Shown in pieces: positions 57,416-64,000 of a DNA stretch of 64,000 nt. The notes below the pieces were generated by a model. The model saw only the letters and a program-made list of their open reading frames with translations. It did not search any database and was not told the origin of the DNA. Every line of letters begins with the position of its first letter. Position 1 is the first letter of the stretch. Position numbers and translations under genes: made by a program. The stretch spans positions 18,400,001 through 18,464,000 of the forward strand of contig CP086569.2 of assembly GCA_009914755.4 (NCBI GenBank). Reading direction: 5' to 3'. This DNA is from the human T2T-CHM13v2.0 reference genome, Homo sapiens.

Positions 57416-57577
57416 AATGGAGCAAAAGTTAAATATTAAATTTGAATTCAACTGAACATGGACACAAACAATGGTCACTGAGACATGGAACAAGTTGTGT
57501 GAGCCCCTTGAGGCATTCATTCAGTGCTCTTTCAGAGAAATAGTTATTGAAAAACAACAGACATTTCAAAAACAATT

Positions 57578-57719
57578 GCACCACCACGCCGGGCTAATTT
57601 TTGTATTTTTAGTAGAGATGGGGTTTTACCAGTTTGGCCAGGCTGGTCTTGAACACCTGACCTCAAGTGATGCACCAGCCTTGGCCTCCAAAGGTGCTGG
57701 GACTACAGGCTTGTGAAGG
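57578..57719 (-). mobile_element. Alu-derived half element (left monomer; FLAM-like or a truncated Alu), reverse orientation
   Basis: 'ccaccacgccgggctaatttttgtatttttagtagagatggggttttaccagtttggccaggctggtcttgaacacctgacctcaagtgatgcaccagccttggcctccaaaggtgctgggactacagg'. Confidence 0.6.
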
Positions 57720-57938
57720 TATGCTTTTGATGACCATTTTGTATTCCTTGAGCCCAGTCAAGAAGGGCCCACATGACTGGGCCTCATGTTAAACAACTTT
57801 TAAGAAGAAGAGCTAGTTTCCAAGACCACGCCGAAGCTTCATGGGACCTCTCTTCATCTGTACATGGACTAGTGGCCAACTCTGGAGGCCAGGTAGTTGC
57901 TTCCCCATCTGGTGATGAATCCTCCATTATCTGGTGAA

Positions 57939-57948
57939 TATATATATG

Positions 57949-57991
<43 letters not shown>
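57939..57991. repeat. (GT)n microsatellite (about 22 repeats, one interruption), with flanking TA/CA-rich low complexity
   Basis: 'tatatatgtgtgtgcgtgtgtgtg…gtgtag' followed by 'tacacacatacatatgtatatgtatatattatatataatatg'. Confidence 0.95.
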
Positions 57992-57993
<2 letters not shown>

Positions 57994-59328
57994 TACACAC
58001 ATACATATGTATATGTATATATTATATATAATATGTCTTTTCCCTTCTCCCCTTCCCATCACAATTTGTTTATTATATCATTGGCTTATTAGATGATTTG
58101 TTTATTATATCTGTGTTGCCATATACTTGGGATAAAGTCTGTTTACCCTTAAAAGTATTGTGTGTTTCTTTTCTTCTCTCCTTACACATTTTCCACACAG
58201 AACACACATATGTACCATGGAATACTATGCAGCTACTTGTTCTCACTTATAAGTGGGAGCTAAATAATGAGAACTTAGGAACACAAAGAAGGAAACAACA
58301 CACACTGGGTTCTACTTGATGGAGGAGGGTGGGAGGAGGGAGAGGAACAGAAAAGATAACAATGGAGTACTGGGCTTAATACCTGGGTTATGAAATAACC
58401 TGTATAACAAGCCCCTGTGATATGAGTTTATCTATGTAACAAACCTTCACACGTACCCCTGAACATACAATTGAAAAAAATTAAATCCTTCATGAAAGCT
58501 ATAAGATCTGTTCCTGTGTGTTTGTATGTCTATATCTGTTACATGTATGTGACACTTTGTAAATAAAGCTAGTTCTTACATCATTAGTAAAATAGAAATG
58601 GCTTTACAATTATCAGTTAAATATAATTAGGTACTTGCTTTATTTAACTGTGAGCTTGTGTCTTTTGTTGAGAGTTTCTGGATTCAGGGGGTCTCGATAG
58701 GTGTCCATCATGAAGTCTGGAGACATGTTCTCTGTGTCTTGACCAGCAGTTACAAGCCGGAATCAAGCCCAATTAGTCTGTTCTTTCTATGCTTTTCCTA
58801 TTTTGCTTCCTGGCTATTTTAGGAGGGATTGGATCCTCCAGGTATAGCCTTCACGGCTCTGTCTTTAGTCCTAATGGACTCAGGCAGAGTCTGATCTTCA
58901 TAGTTTTCCTGGGTGCCATGGGGCTACTTGGGACCTAGAATTACCAGGGGAAGACATTAGTGATGCTACCTGTGTCATAGTTCCAAAATTCTGTTCCGTA
59001 ATTTAAAACCTTAAAGTCATGTTAAATTAAGTAATAGATAATTATAAAATGTCTTGAGTCATTTGTAAGCTAAAATAATGAAATAGTCACCACTAAAAAT
59101 TAGGTCTATATGCCATGATATACTACTTGTATATGGTATAGAAAACCTAAATATCTTTGGTTCTGTTAATAAACAATAATTTGAAGAACTATATTTCTTT
59201 ACAAGTATAAAATGGTTTCTATCTAAAAATACTGATATAAGACAGTTGAAAATCACTTTTTAGGGTTTTCACTGAAAATTGGGGTTACTAAGACTTAATT
59301 ACTAGATATGAGAGAAACAATTCTGTAA

Positions 59329-59644
<316 letters not shown>

Positions 59645-62499
59645 ACTTGTGAAGATAAACTTTTGATTAGAAAACTTATAAAGGCAAAAAATGTGTTTTA
59701 ATTTTTTTAAGTTACTTAAGGTTTCAAATTGAAGAAGTAAAAAATAGATACAACTAGATAAATAGAGAAAGTTGGGGGAAAATCTAAAGCATAGGCTCAC
59801 AAAAATCTGGGATTCAAAGATGACACATTTGATAAATTTATTTATAAAATTTTATTAAATGAACTTCAGAGGCCTGGTGTGGTGGGTCACTCCTGTAAAT
59901 AATAAAATTTTCTTGTCAACTGTGTCTATGAAAATTTAAAATCATTTCTACAGTAAATTGCTTAATTGTGAGGCATTTCAAATTCTGAAAACTTTACAAG
60001 CTTGCAAAATTATAGAATACTGTATCTTTAAGGAGTTTCATGAAAGGATGGAAAAGGTCCTGAGAAGTATTCTTGAATACAGATTTTTGACAACGTTAGA
60101 ATCATATCATTTGAACAGGGTAAGAATTCCCAGAACTTTAATGAAGACTGATTGGTTTATAAAACTACTACAGCAAACAGAGTAAAAATCAATTGAATAC
60201 CAAGAAAATAGTTTGTCAGATTTTCATGCCAAATCAGCCAGTACTTAAATTGTCTAGATAAAGTATTTGAATGAACTCTATATTCCAAGTCAAATTATCT
60301 ATGATAATCCCTGATTAGTCACTGTTATGCACCTAAGTTGAAGAAACAGTCCAATGTTAAACGTACAGAACCAGGACATCTTCTACGTCCTTCCTGGTTC
60401 TGAAAGCTTTTCTTATTGAAAGTTCTTCATTCTGATTCTTGGCTGCAAAGGTAACACAAGATGGCAGAAAGAAGGCTCCACTGATCTTCCCTCCTGCAAG
60501 GACACCAGATGCACAACTATTAACGTCTACATAGAAAATACATTCATAAGAACCAAAAATCAGTTGAGTACTCAAAGTACCTGGTTTTAACTTCATATCA
60601 CTGAAAGAGGCACCATTTCCTCACCACCAGCAGTGATGGCGTGGTGCAGAGATCAACTCTGGGTTCTGCAGGAGGGAGAACACAGAAATTTTAAGACATT
60701 GAACTCTGTGCTGCCCTGTTAGACCAGAAAGGAAAACCAAACCAAATGCAGCTAAAGCCCATCCACAGAGGGATTATTTAAACCAGCCCTGGCCAGAGGG
60801 GAATGAGATTTCGGTGGTTGGAACTTGAGCATTTGGAAATCTGGGTACTGAGGGCTCCAGAGCTCCATGTATCTAAGAAAACTTGAAAGGCAGCCTAGGC
60901 CATCAGGACTGCAACTCTTAGGTGAGGCCTAGGGCTGAACTGGACCCAGGAACAGTCAACTAAGGTGGGAGGTCATGCAACATACTGAGACACCAGCTGG
61001 GGCAGCCAAAGGGGTTCTGGAATTATCACTCTCCTAATACCAGGCTGCACAGCTTATAGCTCCAAAAGGGACCCCATCCTTCTGCTTGAGGAGAGGAGGA
61101 AAAAGAGTAGGGAGGACTTTGTCTTCCATCCTGGATACCAGCTCAACCACAGCAAGATAGTGCACTGGTCAGAGTCCTGAGTCCTCCTTTCCAGGCTCTG
61201 GCTCCTAGACATTCCAAGACACACCCCGGGCCAGAAGGAAACCTGCTGCCTTGAAGGAAAGAACCCAGTGCTGGCAGCATTTATCACCTGCAAACTTAAC
61301 AACCTTTGGGCCCTGAATAACCAGCAGCCATACCCAGATACTACATCAAGAGGCTTGTGTGAGCCTCATAGACTTACTAGATTTAGGTGAGATTCAGCAC
61401 ATTACAAGCTGTGGTATCTAAGGGGCAAAACTCCTTTTGCTTGGGAAAGGCAGAGGGAAAAGTAAAGGGGACTTTTTCATGCCACTTAAGTACCGGCAAG
61501 GCCAGAGGTGGGTAGAGCACCAAGAAAGGTTTTGGGATCCCTGATTCTAGGACTTGATTCTTGGTTGGCATATATGAACCTGCCCAGGGCCAGTGGGGAG
61601 ACCAGTGGCCTGAAAACGGCAAGTCCCAGTCCAGGCAATATTCATCACAAGCGGAAAAGAGGATTTGGGCCTTAAAGGAACAAAGGTGGTAACATGGCAG
61701 TACTCCTTGTGGCCTGGGGTGCTTGGGGCTACTCTGCCTTTGGAAAAGGAAAGGAGGTAATAGGAAGGGCTGTGTCTTGTGGTTTGAATGCCAGCTCAGC
61801 TGGAATGCAATAGAATGTCCGGTGGACTTCTGAAATTTTTGACTTTACTCCCTGACTTCCGAATGGCACTTCTGGACCCAGCCAGGGACTGAGGAAACTC
61901 GCTGCCCTGAAGGAAAGAGCACAGATATGGCTGGCTTTGCCACCTGCTAATTGCAGAGACCAAAGGCCTTGAGTGAACATAGACAGTTGTCAGAAAGTGC
62001 GTGCAGCAGGACTTGAGCAAGACCCGGTGCTATGCCAGCTTCAGGTCTGACCCAGGGCAGCCAGTGGTGGCGGCCAGGGGTGCTCGTGTCATTCTCCTCC
62101 CAACTTTAGGTGGCTTAGAATAGAGAGAAAGACTCTGTATCTTTGAGGGAAAATAAGGTTAGAGAACAAGAGTCTCTGGCTACTAATCCAGAAAATTTTC
62201 CTGGATATTGTCCAAGACTGTCAAGGTGGTACATCAATGAGACTGCAAAAATTACAGCACTATTGGGTATACGGTGCCCCCTAAAGCAGATATGGCTTAG
62301 ATCACAACACCTGCCTTTTCAAATATGTGGAAATCCTTCCCAAGAAAGATAGCTACGAATAACCCCACACAGTGAAGTCTACAATTAATGCTCATCTTTT
62401 TTTTAAAAAAAATCTTTTTTTCACATCTTATGTGGTGCTGCATGCCAAAGTTTTAATGTCCAGACACTGAAGAACATCTGCTAGCATTGTCACCATCCA

Positions 62500-64000
<1,501 letters not shown>

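Overview
This window reads as primate nuclear DNA, almost certainly human: about 20 Alu elements, several LINE-1 copies of different ages, MaLR LTRs and a gammaretrovirus-like ERV remnant. By eye more than half of the window is interspersed repeat; I did not compute a figure. I found no intact protein-coding gene and nothing resembling a prokaryotic operon, CRISPR array or defence system. The one gene-like locus is a four-exon β-tubulin unprocessed pseudogene on the minus strand (23369-25574). Its residues are diagnostic for TUBB8 and the canonical β-tubulin exon structure is retained. A TATA/CCAAT promoter lies upstream, and the copy is disabled by an in-frame stop in exon 2 and frameshifts. 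Other notable structures are a young twin-primed (5'-inverted) L1 insertion with a clean 16-bp target-site duplication (46494-48131); a roughly 8-kb old L1 on the minus strand (33685-44330) that has collected a complete MaLR LTR-internal-LTR element, a MaLR solo LTR and two Alus; a THE1/MST LTR split by an Alu beside a degenerate class I ERV protease-RT segment; a mariner transposase relic; and a mosaic of L1 pieces in alternating orientation. I see no evidence of a new biological system here. The findings are ordinary mobile-element biology plus a duplicated tubulin pseudogene. All coordinates come from reading the sequence by eye and may be off by a few bases.
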